Source: an uncultured bacterium
GTDB taxonomy: Bacteria; UBA8481
Assembly (NCBI GenBank): GCA_964499705.1
Contig: CAZCME010000005.1
Span: 1-64,000, forward strand
DNA length: 64,000 bases
Direction: 5' to 3'
The position numbers and the translations under genes are program-made. Numbering within the stretch: position 1 is the first letter of the stretch; every line of letters starts with the position of its first letter. Shown here piece by piece: positions 18,676 through 29,294 of this stretch. The notes beneath the pieces are model-generated. The model saw only the letters and a program-made list of their open reading frames with translations. It had not been told where the DNA came from and searched no databases.

Positions 18676-20927
18676 GAAGGCATGGCCATGCCTCACCGCT
18701 CGTCCCGGGCTCATCGAGGGATGAGCGGTTCAACGCCGGCGTCATGGCCTGGATCGAGGGCGACGACGAACGCGCGCTCGATATTCTGAGCCGTATTGCA
18801 ACCCCGCATGCCGTGTCGCTATATCGCCTCATCTCCAGCCCGAAGATTAACGTGCTCGCGCAGGTGCGCCATGACTCCAGCGCTTACTACAGCATTCTCG
18901 ATGCGATCGCGCACGATCCCAGGTTCGATGTCCGCAATATCAGTTTTCATCCGGATGACATTTCTCTGCGTCCCTATGCCGACATCCTCGAACTCAAGGG
19001 GAACTGGGAACCGGATTTCTATTTCTGCCACCAGGTCGAATACCACGCGATTCCTCCAAATCTAGGCGCGCTTGCGTGTCCCATTCTTGGCCAGACGGCC
19101 GACTACGACATCCACATCCAGACGGCGCTCCCCTGGCTGCGTATCTTCGACGCTCTCGTGGTCACAAATGAAACGGAAAAGCGCGACGTCTCGCGATTAT
19201 CCCCGGCGCCCGTCTTCACATTTCCAAAAATCTTCGGCGTCGATTCCGGTACGATCGACGCTCCGGCTCGAACCAGGGAATACGACGTCTTCATCTCGGG
19301 GTTGTTGCTCCATCCCTTTCATCCGGACAAGGCCGAGCTGGTGAACGCCGTCCTCCGGCAGAAAGGTTGGAACGTGCTCGTCGTCAATGGAATGGTGAGC
19401 GAAACGGAATACAATCGGCTCCTGGCGCGCTCCAAAGTCTGCTTCACGTTCGTCCGCCACCCGGGCGCGATGCCGAGCCGCGGGATCGAGGCGCTCCATC
19501 GCGGCTGCGCCGTCGTTGCACAGAAGGAAAGCGTTCTCCACGAATATTTTTCGGAGGAGGAAGGCGTCGCGGCGTATGACTCCACGAGCGGAGAGCTCCT
19601 GGTGCAGATCGGCAGGATCCTGGAAAATTGGCCGGAATGGGCCGCTCGCGCGGCGCGCGGAGCCGCTCGCGTGCAGCGGGAGTTCACATTCGACCGATGC
19701 ATGTCACAGTACTTCCGGTTTCTTTCTTATCTCGCGACGTCGCCTGAGATTCTCGCGCGAAGCACGCAACGATCGATGAGCACGACGCGACATTGCCGCA
19801 CCCGACTTCGCCACAGGAGACCGCTCATGGCGGGAGGCTTCCAATCGGCTCATCCTGCCGCCCTGGCGCAGATCCACCAGCTCACGTTCGAACAGATGCA
19901 GGCGGATCTGAATCATTCTCCGGATACAAGCCACTACATCAGCCTGTCGCGCGAGATGATCCTGGGACATGCGTGCGGTGTCGGCGATGCGGACGCATTC
20001 GCGCGAAGCCTCGACCTGCTGAGGCGCGGCATGTGGGATGATCCCGGCGCGCTCGCTCCGCGATGGCTCTTCGTCTGGTGCGCCATGACGTGGGGATCGG
20101 CCGCGGAGATTCTCGAAGCGTTGAAGCTTGCCCGCTCCACGCTGGAAACCAGCGCGGAATATTGGCGGCTCGATCCGGAGGACGATCTTCTCCCCTACGA
20201 TTGCGGCAATCGATTCCTCAACCACCGCCGGATGATCGATCTACTAATGCAGGAAATAACCGCTGAGCGTTCCACGCGAAGAGAGCGGATCGACGTCCTT
20301 CTCGCCTCACTCCGCCATCTCATCAGCTATCATGATCAGAGCTCCGCAAACATGGCGGAAGCCGTGCGGCTCGATCCCGATTTTCCCGTCTTCCGGCTGC
20401 GCCACATCACGCTCCTCCTGCAGCAGAACGACCTGAACAGCGCCGCGAACAAAACGGGCGCGTTGATTCAATTGTTCCGGACATCCTTTCTGCCGGAAGA
20501 ATCGTACGAGCTTCTCACGCGCTTTCATGGCCTGGGGCTAATCTCCGACGAAGAATTCGAAACCGTCCGCGCGGAAGCGGCGCGGATGCGAGCGCGGACA
20601 TCGTTCGTGGGTCGGCGATCAGGATTGCCGGTCGAGGAACATTGGGACGCGCTGCACACAGTCGCGATTTTCGGTGCGTCCGCCTCCGGAAAAAAATGCG
20701 CCGCGGAGTGCCGGGAACGTGGAAAAGCCATCGTCTACTTTCTCGATAACGCACCGCCCGACGGCGAAACAATCGAGAATCTCCGAGTTCTCCTTCCGCA
20801 AGCCGCTGTCGCCGGCTTGGGCAATATTGACGGCGTCATCCTGGCATCCGCCGGGGCCAAAGACCTCATGTTCCGCCAGCTCCGGCAATTGAATTACTCC
20901 GGCCCGATCTATGACTGGAAGGGCTGA
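18585..20927 (+). CDS. Multidomain glycosyltransferase (GT-B, helical repeats, C-terminal Rossmann-like domain); alternative start GTG 18672
   Basis: REYDVFISG, RGIEALHRGCAVV; C-terminal IFGASASG..FLDN. Confidence 0.75.
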   Translation: MAEGDGAVFRDEILDEAFLARLFAEIPFFVRRHGHASPLVPGSSRDERFNAGVMAWIEGDDERALDILSRIATPHAVSLYRLISSPKINVLAQVRHDSSAYYSILDAIAHDPRFDVRNISFHPDDISLRPYADILELKGNWEPDFYFCHQVEYHAIPPNLGALACPILGQTADYDIHIQTALPWLRIFDALVVTNETEKRDVSRLSPAPVFTFPKIFGVDSGTIDAPARTREYDVFISGLLLHPFHPDKAELVNAVLRQKGWNVLVVNGMVSETEYNRLLARSKVCFTFVRHPGAMPSRGIEALHRGCAVVAQKESVLHEYFSEEEGVAAYDSTSGELLVQIGRILENWPEWAARAARGAARVQREFTFDRCMSQYFRFLSYLATSPEILARSTQRSMSTTRHCRTRLRHRRPLMAGGFQSAHPAALAQIHQLTFEQMQADLNHSPDTSHYISLSREMILGHACGVGDADAFARSLDLLRRGMWDDPGALAPRWLFVWCAMTWGSAAEILEALKLARSTLETSAEYWRLDPEDDLLPYDCGNRFLNHRRMIDLLMQEITAERSTRRERIDVLLASLRHLISYHDQSSANMAEAVRLDPDFPVFRLRHITLLLQQNDLNSAANKTGALIQLFRTSFLPEESYELLTRFHGLGLISDEEFETVRAEAARMRARTSFVGRRSGLPVEEHWDALHTVAIFGASASGKKCAAECRERGKAIVYFLDNAPPDGETIENLRVLLPQAAVAGLGNIDGVILASAGAKDLMFRQLRQLNYSGPIYDWKG

Positions 20928-22647
20928 GGCCATTAAAAGGCTCAGCATCATTCTTGTCGATTGGAGCGTTCGGGAGAGCTTTCACTCACTCGATTTCCTC
21001 CAGGAGCAATCGGTTCCCCGTGTGGAATACGAGATACTCTGGATCGAGTATTACGGCCGGAGGCCGTATGAGCTTGCAGAAAAATCCCGGTGCGGCGAGA
21101 TCGACCAGTGGATCGTGATGAACCAATCGGGAATGTATTTCAAGCATCGGATGTACAATGCAGGCCTGCTCGCGGCGAAGGGAAAATACATCGTCGTCTG
21201 CGATTCCGACGCGGTCTTCTCGCCCCGCTTCGTCGAGACTGTGCTCGCATTTTTCGAAAAGAATGGGGATGAGACCGTGTTGTATCTGGAGGAGATACGG
21301 AGCGACAATCGGGCGTTTTATCCATTTCGCGGGCATTCCTGGGATGAGATCATGTCGGCGCCCGGGCTTAAAAACTGGGATGAACTCGCCGGAAAGCCGA
21401 AGGGGTTGGTCTCATCCCATGATCCGATCCATCACCGGAACTATGGCGCCTGCTTCTGCGTCTCGCGTGATAAGGCGATCCATGCGGGCGGTTTCGACGA
21501 GCATGAGGAGTACCATTGCTTCCTCTGCGGACCCTATGAATTAGGATGGAGACTCGTGAACAAGGGGTTCCAGGAACACTGGCACGAGACGGAATGGCTT
21601 CTGCATACGTGGCATCCTTGGGTGAAGCCCGAGCATGAAGTAATGGGTCGTCATGACGGTCGGCTCATCAACCAGTTGGCTCTCGAATCGGCCAGGATCG
21701 GGCGGACCATGCCCTGGCGTGCGAACGATTCGATCCGAGACCAAGCGGAACCGGTGCTCGACGAACCCAGGGAAAATATCGATGCATTGCTTTCGCGCCA
21801 TACTCCCCGAAAGCAATCAGGCTTCTGGCGCTCTCATGCGGCGGCCCCTCTCGTGGAAAGGATTCTGGTCCTTCAGGAACTCGATCCGTACGATGCGCTC
21901 GCAACGACTTTGCGTGCGGATGGTATCGCCGTGAGGATCGAGAATTTCTATTATGACGATCACTTCCATCGTTTCGGACAGGACGCCATGGAGGAACAAC
22001 TGCGGATGCTGGCTCGCTATTTTCTGCCCGATCTCATTCTCTTTCGCCCCACCGCCGTGGACTTCATTGCCAGGGGCGAGAAGGGAGTTGAACCCGGAAC
22101 AGAATGCATCGCGGCCATCCGCGCTGAAATTGGTTGCCGATTGCTTCTATACGATACCACATCGGAACGGATCGAAACCTGGCGACATCACGGTTCGTTC
22201 GTCGACAAAGAGTGGAACTCCGATTGGCGCGGCGCGCTTCTCACATATGGGTTCAAGCCGCGTGCATCGAGTACACTGAAGCGGTTCGCCTACGACGCAT
22301 CGTTCACGAAACCCGTCGCGATCTGGCGTGCGCGAAGGGAAGAAATGCGTCTGGTTTCGTTGAAGCGCGCCGCCATATTCGGCGCCGGCCCCAGCGGAGA
22401 CGCGTGCCTGGCCACGCTCAAGTCGCGAGGCATTGACGTGGTCTGCTTTCTGGACAATGCCGAGGATCGGCAAGGAAAGTTACTGCGCGATCTTCCGATC
22501 CATCCCGTCTCCCATCTGGTACAATCGCCGGATATCGACGGAGTCGTGCTCTCATTTCAAGGTGGAAAGATTCTGGCGATGGCCCAGCTCGCGAACCTCG
22601 GTTACACGGGCGCGATTATCAACTTCGACCTATTGAAGACCTCTTAG
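20911..22647 (+). CDS. GT2-family glycosyltransferase with C-terminal Rossmann-like domain
   Basis: LSIILVD, YNAGLLAAKGKYIVVCDSD (DxD), GGFDE; C-terminal IFGAGPSG..FLDN. Confidence 0.8.
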   Translation: MTGRAEAIKRLSIILVDWSVRESFHSLDFLQEQSVPRVEYEILWIEYYGRRPYELAEKSRCGEIDQWIVMNQSGMYFKHRMYNAGLLAAKGKYIVVCDSDAVFSPRFVETVLAFFEKNGDETVLYLEEIRSDNRAFYPFRGHSWDEIMSAPGLKNWDELAGKPKGLVSSHDPIHHRNYGACFCVSRDKAIHAGGFDEHEEYHCFLCGPYELGWRLVNKGFQEHWHETEWLLHTWHPWVKPEHEVMGRHDGRLINQLALESARIGRTMPWRANDSIRDQAEPVLDEPRENIDALLSRHTPRKQSGFWRSHAAAPLVERILVLQELDPYDALATTLRADGIAVRIENFYYDDHFHRFGQDAMEEQLRMLARYFLPDLILFRPTAVDFIARGEKGVEPGTECIAAIRAEIGCRLLLYDTTSERIETWRHHGSFVDKEWNSDWRGALLTYGFKPRASSTLKRFAYDASFTKPVAIWRARREEMRLVSLKRAAIFGAGPSGDACLATLKSRGIDVVCFLDNAEDRQGKLLRDLPIHPVSHLVQSPDIDGVVLSFQGGKILAMAQLANLGYTGAIINFDLLKTS

Positions 22648-22794
22648 CTCCAGACTCCACCTTTCTCCGCCGAATAATATTTTCCTGATCTTAGTGAGCG
22701 ACGTCCGCCAGAAAAAGTGAATCGTAGCCAAAGTATCTCCCCATCCGGTTACTGCGGCGGGTATGTGAGAGTGGCGGACACCAGGTTGCTGCGC

Positions 22795-24732
22795 TCAATC
22801 TTCTGCCGAATCGAGACAGTGCGTCGGAACCGGTTTTACCTTGCCCTTCAAGGGAATCTTCCCGACAAACCGTGTCGGGAATTCACGCGCCGCTCCGCCC
22901 TTCAGAAATGGCATGACCGCTGGTGTCAGATAGATCTCGCCGCCATTGGCGACGGCCTGGAGTCGGCTGGCGGTGTTGACGACGTCCCCGATAACGGTGA
23001 AATCGAAGCGCCGGACGGACCCGACTTCGCCTTCAACAACGTGTCCGGTGTCGATGCCCATGCCGATCTCCAGTCTCGCGCTGTTCAACTGTCTGGCGAG
23101 AATCGTTGTGAGATCCTCAGCTTCCTGAAGGAGCGCAAGTGCCGAGCGGCACGCACCGTGCACGCCCGCCCTGTTGCCCGGAAAGACCGCGAGAAAGCCG
23201 TCACCCATGAACTTGTCGATGTTGCCGCCATACTTCTCCACCATGCTTGTTGCAGCGTCGAAGTAGCGGTTCAGAATATCGGTCACCCTGTCAGGCGGAA
23301 TCCTCTCGGACAGCGATGTGAATCCGCGCAGATCGCCCGCCAGGATGGTCCGCAATACGCGCCTGCCTCCGATCCTCCGTATGCTTCCGGGAAGAAGGAT
23401 GCGTTCAGCCTTGTGATGCCCGAGGTAGCGACCCAGTCTGGCAGCGGCGAGGTCGTAGGGAAAGTGAACAGCGAGGAGTTGCTCGCACCAGAGCATAAGC
23501 TCGTGATGGCTGGCGTGTTCGGCGATCCGGAGCGCCTGGAGGAGATGCTTCCGACCCGAGGATTTTCGATTGGAGAGAATATGAACGCGGGCCGCCTCGT
23601 ATTGCGTCCGCACGACCGGGAAAACATCCTGCCCGCGGACGGCCAGCTTGATGGCGGCGGAGAGGTGACGGCGTGCCTGTCCGAGATTTCCCGAGTGCCG
23701 CGCGATCCGGGCCTCCGTGACCTTGAGCATCTGCCGGTAACGGAGGTGGGGCTGAGAGCGGATGATGGGAAGTGCGCGGGTCACCCACCGCCGCGCCTCC
23801 GCCGGCCGTTTCCGGCTCGCCTCGATCCGCGCCATGCCCAGCATCGCCATAACGGGCGCGCTCTGCTCCGGGTGTTTTTCGCCGAGCCGGATCGCGATCT
23901 CGTAATTCTCCCGCGCCTTTTCGTTCTTTCCGAGTACGCGATAGATATCGCCGATGCGGATGTCGTTGATGATATGCCCGAACACGTCGCCGACTTTCAC
24001 GCCGATCTTTCGATCCTGATCGAAGCAATACAGCGCTTCCGCATAGCGGCCCGTCTCCCGATACAGGTGCCCCAGATTTCCATACACCATTGCTTTGCCG
24101 TGGAGTTCCGCGTTGCCCTTGAAATAGGAAAGCGCCTTTTCGAGCCAGAAGCGGGCTTTTTCGGACTCGCCGATCCTGCGGTAAAAGAGCCCGTAGGTCG
24201 CGCAAGCGCGGCCGCGGTCGGCGGGATAGCGGTCCGTGAGCAGCTGGAGCGCCTTGCGGAGAGCCGCGTAGGCCGCACCCATTCTTCTTCCTGCCGTGCG
24301 ACGCCGCGCCTTGCCGGAAAATGTGCCGCCCACCTGCGAGACTTCCGATGAGGCGCTGACCATGCTGAGATGGATCTTGCCTTCGACCCAGCGCGCCAGC
24401 CCCTCGTCGCGCCGTGTCAGATGCTTCGACGCAAATGCGGCGTCCAGTTCAGCCAGCGCCCGGTCGAATTCAGCCCAGTAGTAGAAGAGATGGGCGAGGT
24501 GAACCGAGCGGAACGCTTCCAGCGCGGCCGTCGGCTTCGTGGGACGCGCCCAGATGGCTCGAACCGCGCCCTTGAGGGCGGGGAGCTGCCGCCATGAGGT
24601 GCACTCCGCGCATTCGCGAAGAAAGACAGCCTGATCCGATGGCGCACAGCTTTTCAGAAGCCGCTGAAGCTCGGGGATGTCGACGGGGAGGGCTTTTGTC
24701 AAGTCGAAGGATTTCCAGAAGGCGCGGACCAT
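22795..24732 (-). CDS. TPR-repeat class III adenylate/guanylate cyclase
   Basis: GDLRGFT, DKFMGDG, FTVIGDVVNTASRLQ; N-terminal TPRs (YGNLGHLY, IGDIYR). Confidence 0.9.
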   Translation of the reverse strand: MVRAFWKSFDLTKALPVDIPELQRLLKSCAPSDQAVFLRECAECTSWRQLPALKGAVRAIWARPTKPTAALEAFRSVHLAHLFYYWAEFDRALAELDAAFASKHLTRRDEGLARWVEGKIHLSMVSASSEVSQVGGTFSGKARRRTAGRRMGAAYAALRKALQLLTDRYPADRGRACATYGLFYRRIGESEKARFWLEKALSYFKGNAELHGKAMVYGNLGHLYRETGRYAEALYCFDQDRKIGVKVGDVFGHIINDIRIGDIYRVLGKNEKARENYEIAIRLGEKHPEQSAPVMAMLGMARIEASRKRPAEARRWVTRALPIIRSQPHLRYRQMLKVTEARIARHSGNLGQARRHLSAAIKLAVRGQDVFPVVRTQYEAARVHILSNRKSSGRKHLLQALRIAEHASHHELMLWCEQLLAVHFPYDLAAARLGRYLGHHKAERILLPGSIRRIGGRRVLRTILAGDLRGFTSLSERIPPDRVTDILNRYFDAATSMVEKYGGNIDKFMGDGFLAVFPGNRAGVHGACRSALALLQEAEDLTTILARQLNSARLEIGMGIDTGHVVEGEVGSVRRFDFTVIGDVVNTASRLQAVANGGEIYLTPAVMPFLKGGAAREFPTRFVGKIPLKGKVKPVPTHCLDSAED

Positions 24733-24876
24733 CGTCGTGAATTATAGAGAAAGGGCGCGGAAACACAAACCCGTTCGAGCCACCTTCAGCAATTGTAATT
24801 GTCGCGGGGCAAATGGCGGATTCCCTCTCCCGATTTCTGCGGAAAAACTCCCGCGGCGTCGATACATTGTACAGCC

Positions 24877-25338
24877 ATGCGATTGATCCTCGCCACAGCC
24901 CGCCCCTCCGTGCTCCATGACTTCCTCACCACTTCCGGAGCCGATCCCTCGACCATCCTGACGTCGTCCGCGCCTGACCTCGGACCCGATTTTCCGGTCA
25001 TCAGGGTTTCTCCCGGCCCGCTCTCCTGGAATCATTTATCCCGGGAGATGCGGGACGGGATCCGTAACGCGGAATGGAATGAGATCGTCATCCTGCACAA
25101 TGGAGGGACCGGATATGTTCCTGTCTATCTTCTCGCGGCGCGCATCCGGTGGAACCTTCCCGTGATCCTGTATTTCTTCAACGGCCGTTCATGCCGCTAT
25201 TCCACGGCTCTTCACTTGATGATCGATAGGACCGTGGAGCGCATGCTCAAGGGCTGCGTCGACGCCCTCTTCTTCCTGCTTTACGTTCCGGTATGCCTTG
25301 TCGTAAAAATCCACAACGGGCTGGTCAAACCGCGATAA
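24877..25338 (+). CDS. Hypothetical protein with C-terminal hydrophobic helix
   Basis: Protein-like composition; TACATT 8 nt upstream of the ATG. Confidence 0.55.
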   Translation: MRLILATARPSVLHDFLTTSGADPSTILTSSAPDLGPDFPVIRVSPGPLSWNHLSREMRDGIRNAEWNEIVILHNGGTGYVPVYLLAARIRWNLPVILYFFNGRSCRYSTALHLMIDRTVERMLKGCVDALFFLLYVPVCLVVKIHNGLVKPR

Positions 25339-25356
25339 GGATCGCGATCCCCGGAA

Positions 25357-27744
25357 TCAGTGCTTCTTCTTTCCGAAAGCTTCGCCCTTCGCCGGTTTCG
25401 CCGGCAGAAGCGCGATCTTCATCACCTCGTCCATCGTCTCCACGTGATGAAACGTCATCACCTTCTGGATCTCCTTCGGGATGTCGTTCATGTCGCGCTC
25501 GTTTTCCTTCGGGCAGATGATGTTGAAGATGCCGCCGCGGTGCGCGGCGAGAACCTTTTCCTTCAGACCGCCGATGGGCAGAACTTTTCCGCGCAATGTG
25601 ATCTCGCCGGTCATCGCGAGGTCGCGGCGGACAGGGCGCTTCGACACTGCGGAAATGAGCGCGGTCGCGATCGTGATGCCGGCGGACGGGCCGTCCTTCG
25701 GAATCGCGCCCTCGGGAACGTGAACATGGATGTCGTTCTTCTTGTGGAAATCCGGCGCGAGCTGGAGCACGTTGGCGCGGGAGCGGGCGAAGCCGACCGC
25801 CGCGCGCGCGGACTCCTGCATCACTTCGCCGAGCTTGCCGGTGAGAGTCAGCTGGCCTGATCCGGGAGTGATGAGCACTTCGATGGAGAGCAGTTCTCCG
25901 CCGACTTCCGTCCACGCCAGGCCGGTCGCGTAGCCGATCTCGTCCTTCTCCTCGATCTGGCCGTAACGGTACTTGGGCTGCTCCAGATACTTGACGATCG
26001 TCTGCGGGGTCACAGTGATCTCGTGCTTCTTTTTCGACTCCACCACCTCGCGCGCGACCTTGCGGCAGATCGTGGAGATGCTCCGCTCCAGGTTGCGGAC
26101 TCCCGCTTCGCGTGTGTACTCGCGGATGATCCTGGTCAGGGCTTTCGGTTCGATCTTGACGTGCTTGTCCTTCAGGCCGTGCTCCTCGATCTGCTTCGGG
26201 ATCAGGAATTTCTGCGCGATATTCTCCTTCTCGTCGTCGGTGTAGCCCGAGAGGCTGATGATCTCCATGCGATCCTGCAGGGGGCGCGGGATCGGGTGGA
26301 GAAGATTCGCGGTCGTGATGAACATGACCTGCGTCAGGTCGTAGTCGACGTCGAGGTAGTGATCCGAGAACGATTTATTCTGCTCGGGGTCCAGGACCTC
26401 CAACAGCGCCGCGGACGGATCGCCCCGGAAATCCATCGCCATCTTGTCGACCTCATCGAGCAGAAAAACCGGGTTGATCGTGCCGGCCTTCCGCATGCCC
26501 TGGATGATCCTCCCGGGAAGCGCGCCGACATAGGTGCGCCTGTGGCCGCGGATCTCCGCTTCGTCGCGGACGCCGCCGAGCGAGATACGGACGAATGTCC
26601 GGCCCATGGAGCGCGCGATGGATCGGCCGAGCGAGGTCTTGCCGACGCCGGGCGGGCCGACGAAGCAGAGAATCGGGCCGCGGTGTCCTTCCGACAGCTT
26701 GCGGACCGCGAGGTACTCGAGGATCCGCTCCTTCGGCTTGTCGAGGCTGTAATGATCCTCGTTCAGGATCTTCTCCGCCTCGGGGATGTCGATCTTGTCC
26801 TCCGTCGCCTTGCTCCACGGCAGCTCGATCAGCCAGTCGAGGTACGTCCGCGCGACGGCGGCCTCCGCCGACATCGGGCTCATCTTCTCCAGCCGCCGCA
26901 GCTCGCGCTCCGCCTTCGTCTTCACGGCCTCCGGCATTCCCGCCTGCGCGATCTTCTCCTTCATCTCGTCGATCTCGACGGAATCCTCGTCGCGCCGGCC
27001 CAGTTCTTTCTGGATCGCCTTCATCTGCTCGTTGAGGTAATACTCCCGCTGTGTCTGCTCCATCTGCGTCCGGACTTCACCGCGGATCTTCTTCTCGATC
27101 TTCAGGATCTCGATCTCGCTGGTGAGCTTCTCGAGGATGAGATCCATCCTGGTTTTCACATCGCGCGTATCGAGGAGATCCTGCTTGTCCTTGACCTTCA
27201 GGATCATCTGCGACGCGATGATGTCGGCGATGCGCTCCGGATCGTCCTGGTTGGTTATGGAGAGAACGGTCTCCGGCGGGATACGCTTGTTGAGCTTCAC
27301 GTACGCCTCGAACTGCGCCACGGCGCTGCGCATCGTCGCGGTCATCTCCACCGACGCCTGCGCGTGGCTTTCGTATTCGCACGCGACGACCTCGAAGAAT
27401 TCCTGTGTGGGAAGGAATTCGCGGATCGCCATCCGGCGGACGCCTTCGACGAGAACCTTGATCGTGCCGTCGGGGAGCTTCAGGAGCTGGAGGATTTCCG
27501 CGAGCGTGCCGATCGAATAGATATCGACGATGTCGGGATTGTCGGTCGTGGCGTCGCGCTGGGCGGCGAGGAGTATGAGCCGCGACCGGGCCATGGCAGC
27601 TTCCAGCGCGGCCACGGATTTTTCGCGGCCGACGAACAGAGGCACGACCATGTGCGGGAAGACGACAAGATCGCGGAGCGGCAGCAGCGGCAGCGTGTCG
27701 GGTACCGTCAGCGGTTTCGACTTCGTCTTCTCGGCGATCTTCAC
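25357..27744 (-). CDS. lon: ATP-dependent Lon protease
   Basis: [30 protein letters not shown] (catalytic Ser), GGLKEK. Confidence 0.98.
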   Translation of the reverse strand: MKIAEKTKSKPLTVPDTLPLLPLRDLVVFPHMVVPLFVGREKSVAALEAAMARSRLILLAAQRDATTDNPDIVDIYSIGTLAEILQLLKLPDGTIKVLVEGVRRMAIREFLPTQEFFEVVACEYESHAQASVEMTATMRSAVAQFEAYVKLNKRIPPETVLSITNQDDPERIADIIASQMILKVKDKQDLLDTRDVKTRMDLILEKLTSEIEILKIEKKIRGEVRTQMEQTQREYYLNEQMKAIQKELGRRDEDSVEIDEMKEKIAQAGMPEAVKTKAERELRRLEKMSPMSAEAAVARTYLDWLIELPWSKATEDKIDIPEAEKILNEDHYSLDKPKERILEYLAVRKLSEGHRGPILCFVGPPGVGKTSLGRSIARSMGRTFVRISLGGVRDEAEIRGHRRTYVGALPGRIIQGMRKAGTINPVFLLDEVDKMAMDFRGDPSAALLEVLDPEQNKSFSDHYLDVDYDLTQVMFITTANLLHPIPRPLQDRMEIISLSGYTDDEKENIAQKFLIPKQIEEHGLKDKHVKIEPKALTRIIREYTREAGVRNLERSISTICRKVAREVVESKKKHEITVTPQTIVKYLEQPKYRYGQIEEKDEIGYATGLAWTEVGGELLSIEVLITPGSGQLTLTGKLGEVMQESARAAVGFARSRANVLQLAPDFHKKNDIHVHVPEGAIPKDGPSAGITIATALISAVSKRPVRRDLAMTGEITLRGKVLPIGGLKEKVLAAHRGGIFNIICPKENERDMNDIPKEIQKVMTFHHVETMDEVMKIALLPAKPAKGEAFGKKKH

Positions 27745-27820
27745 GCGGCGCGCTCCATGATTCGCAATATAGGATTGAAGCGGAAAGCGCGCAAGGTCTT
27801 CGCGCGAGTGGACGGGAAGA

Positions 27821-28204
27821 TCACTTCGAGGCCGAGCCCGCCGCCACGACCATGCGAAGCTTCATCTGGCTCTTCGCCGGTCCGCAGTTGGATTCGCAAT
27901 GGAAAACATAGTCGCCCGCCGGGGGCGTGAATTCGAATTCGACCGGCTCGGCTCCGCGCGGCGGAATCGCGAGGCTCACTCCCAGCTGCGTGCTCGTCAG
28001 CGTATGCTCCACATCGAGCGAGCTGCATCGGAACCGGATGCGATCGCCTTCACGGACCTGGATATACCGCGGATCGAATCCGAACTGCCACGCGGTGACG
28101 TCGATCTCCCGCGCGCCGCGGACGAGAGGAGTTTCCACGGGAGGAGTCAGGGAGCAGGATGTGAAACATAAAACGAATATTAAACCACGAAGACACAAAG
28201 ACAC
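27821..28204 (-). CDS. Cupredoxin-domain lipoprotein with degenerate CuA-like motif (start uncertain)
   Basis: Lipobox-like [31 protein letters not shown]. Confidence 0.75.
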   Translation of the reverse strand: MSLCLRGLIFVLCFTSCSLTPPVETPLVRGAREIDVTAWQFGFDPRYIQVREGDRIRFRCSSLDVEHTLTSTQLGVSLAIPPRGAEPVEFEFTPPAGDYVFHCESNCGPAKSQMKLRMVVAAGSASK

Positions 28205-28281
28205 GAAGGAATGACTAATTATTCCGCCACGTGAGAAATTAATACTATTCCTGGACTTCGTATCTTCGTGACTTCGTGGTT
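28183..28281. repeat. Inverted repeat built from 8-mer tandem units
   Basis: 26-nt arms at 28183-28208 and 28256-28281 with 3 mismatches; unit CACGAAGA. Confidence 0.8.
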
Positions 28282-28391
28282 CGACAGCCTCCAATACGAA
28301 ACTGCCTCTGGTCTTTACGACATGCATGTTCGTAAGTATAATTTTCGGGCTTCAATTATCAACGCATATTCCCGTGAAAGACAAAGGATTC

Positions 28392-29294
28392 ATGGAAAAG
28401 TACACGCTCACACATTTAAGGCACCTCGAGGCCGAAAGCGTCCACATCATGCGGGAGGTCGCCGCGGAGTTCGAACGGCCGGTGCTCCTGTTCTCCGGAG
28501 GCAAGGACTCCATCTGCATGCTCCGCATCGCCGAGAAGGCCTTCCGGCCGGGCAAGTTCCCGTTTCCGCTGATGCACATCGACACGGAGCACAACTTTCC
28601 GGAGCTCATCGAGTTCCGGGACAAGCGGGCGGCCGAGCTGCAGGCGAAGCTGATCGTCCGGAGCGTCGGCGACGCGATCAAGACGGGCATCGCCGTGGAG
28701 GTTCCCGGCGAATCGAGCCGGAATATTCTCCAGATTCCCACGCTCCTGCACGCCATCGAGGAGTTCAAGTTCCAGGCGGCGATGGGCGGAGCGCGTCGCG
28801 ACGAGGAGAAGGCGCGCGCGAAGGAACGCGTCTTCTCCTTCCGCGATTCGTTCGGACAGTGGGATCCGAAGAACCAGCGGCCGGAGCTCTGGAATCTCTA
28901 CAACGCCCGGATCAATCCCGGCGAACACATGCGCGTCTTTCCGCTCTCGAACTGGACGGAAATGGACATCTGGCAGTACATCGGGGAGGAGCAGCTTGAA
29001 ATTCCCAGCATCTACTTCAGTCACGCTCGCGACGTCGTCCGGCGCGACGGACAGTGGCTGCCCGTGTCGGACCTGCTGCCCCTCAAGCCGAACGAGAAGC
29101 CCGTGCGCCTGCATGTGCGCGTCCGGACCATCGGCGACATCTCCTGCACGGGCTGCGTCGAGTCCGGCGCCACGACCGTGGACGCGATCATCAAGGAAGT
29201 CGCGGCCGCCCGCGTGACGGAGCGGGGAAGCCGCGCGGACGACAAGCGGTCGGAAGCGGCGATGGAAGACCGGAAGAAGGAAGGGTATTTTTAA
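28392..29294 (+). CDS. cysD: Sulfate adenylyltransferase subunit 2
   Basis: LFSGGKDS, GGARRDEEKARAKER, WDPKNQRPELW, MEDRKKEGYF. Confidence 0.97.
   Translation: MEKYTLTHLRHLEAESVHIMREVAAEFERPVLLFSGGKDSICMLRIAEKAFRPGKFPFPLMHIDTEHNFPELIEFRDKRAAELQAKLIVRSVGDAIKTGIAVEVPGESSRNILQIPTLLHAIEEFKFQAAMGGARRDEEKARAKERVFSFRDSFGQWDPKNQRPELWNLYNARINPGEHMRVFPLSNWTEMDIWQYIGEEQLEIPSIYFSHARDVVRRDGQWLPVSDLLPLKPNEKPVRLHVRVRTIGDISCTGCVESGATTVDAIIKEVAAARVTERGSRADDKRSEAAMEDRKKEGYF

Noticed and set aside
22704..22779. 8-bp inverted repeat (gtccgcca...tggcggac) between convergent genes as an attC site or MITE
   Set aside because: Too short, lacks attC core sites and occurs as a single copy.
22717..24351. 544-aa plus-strand ORF
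   Set aside because: Antisense to the TPR-cyclase gene, which carries the recognisable motifs.
22795..25338. Pycsar/CBASS-like cyclase plus membrane effector
   Set aside because: The genes are divergent, the cyclase has ATP-type specificity residues, and the small protein has no visible cyclic-nucleotide-binding domain.
26023..27930. 635-aa plus-strand ORF
   Set aside because: Antisense shadow of lon.
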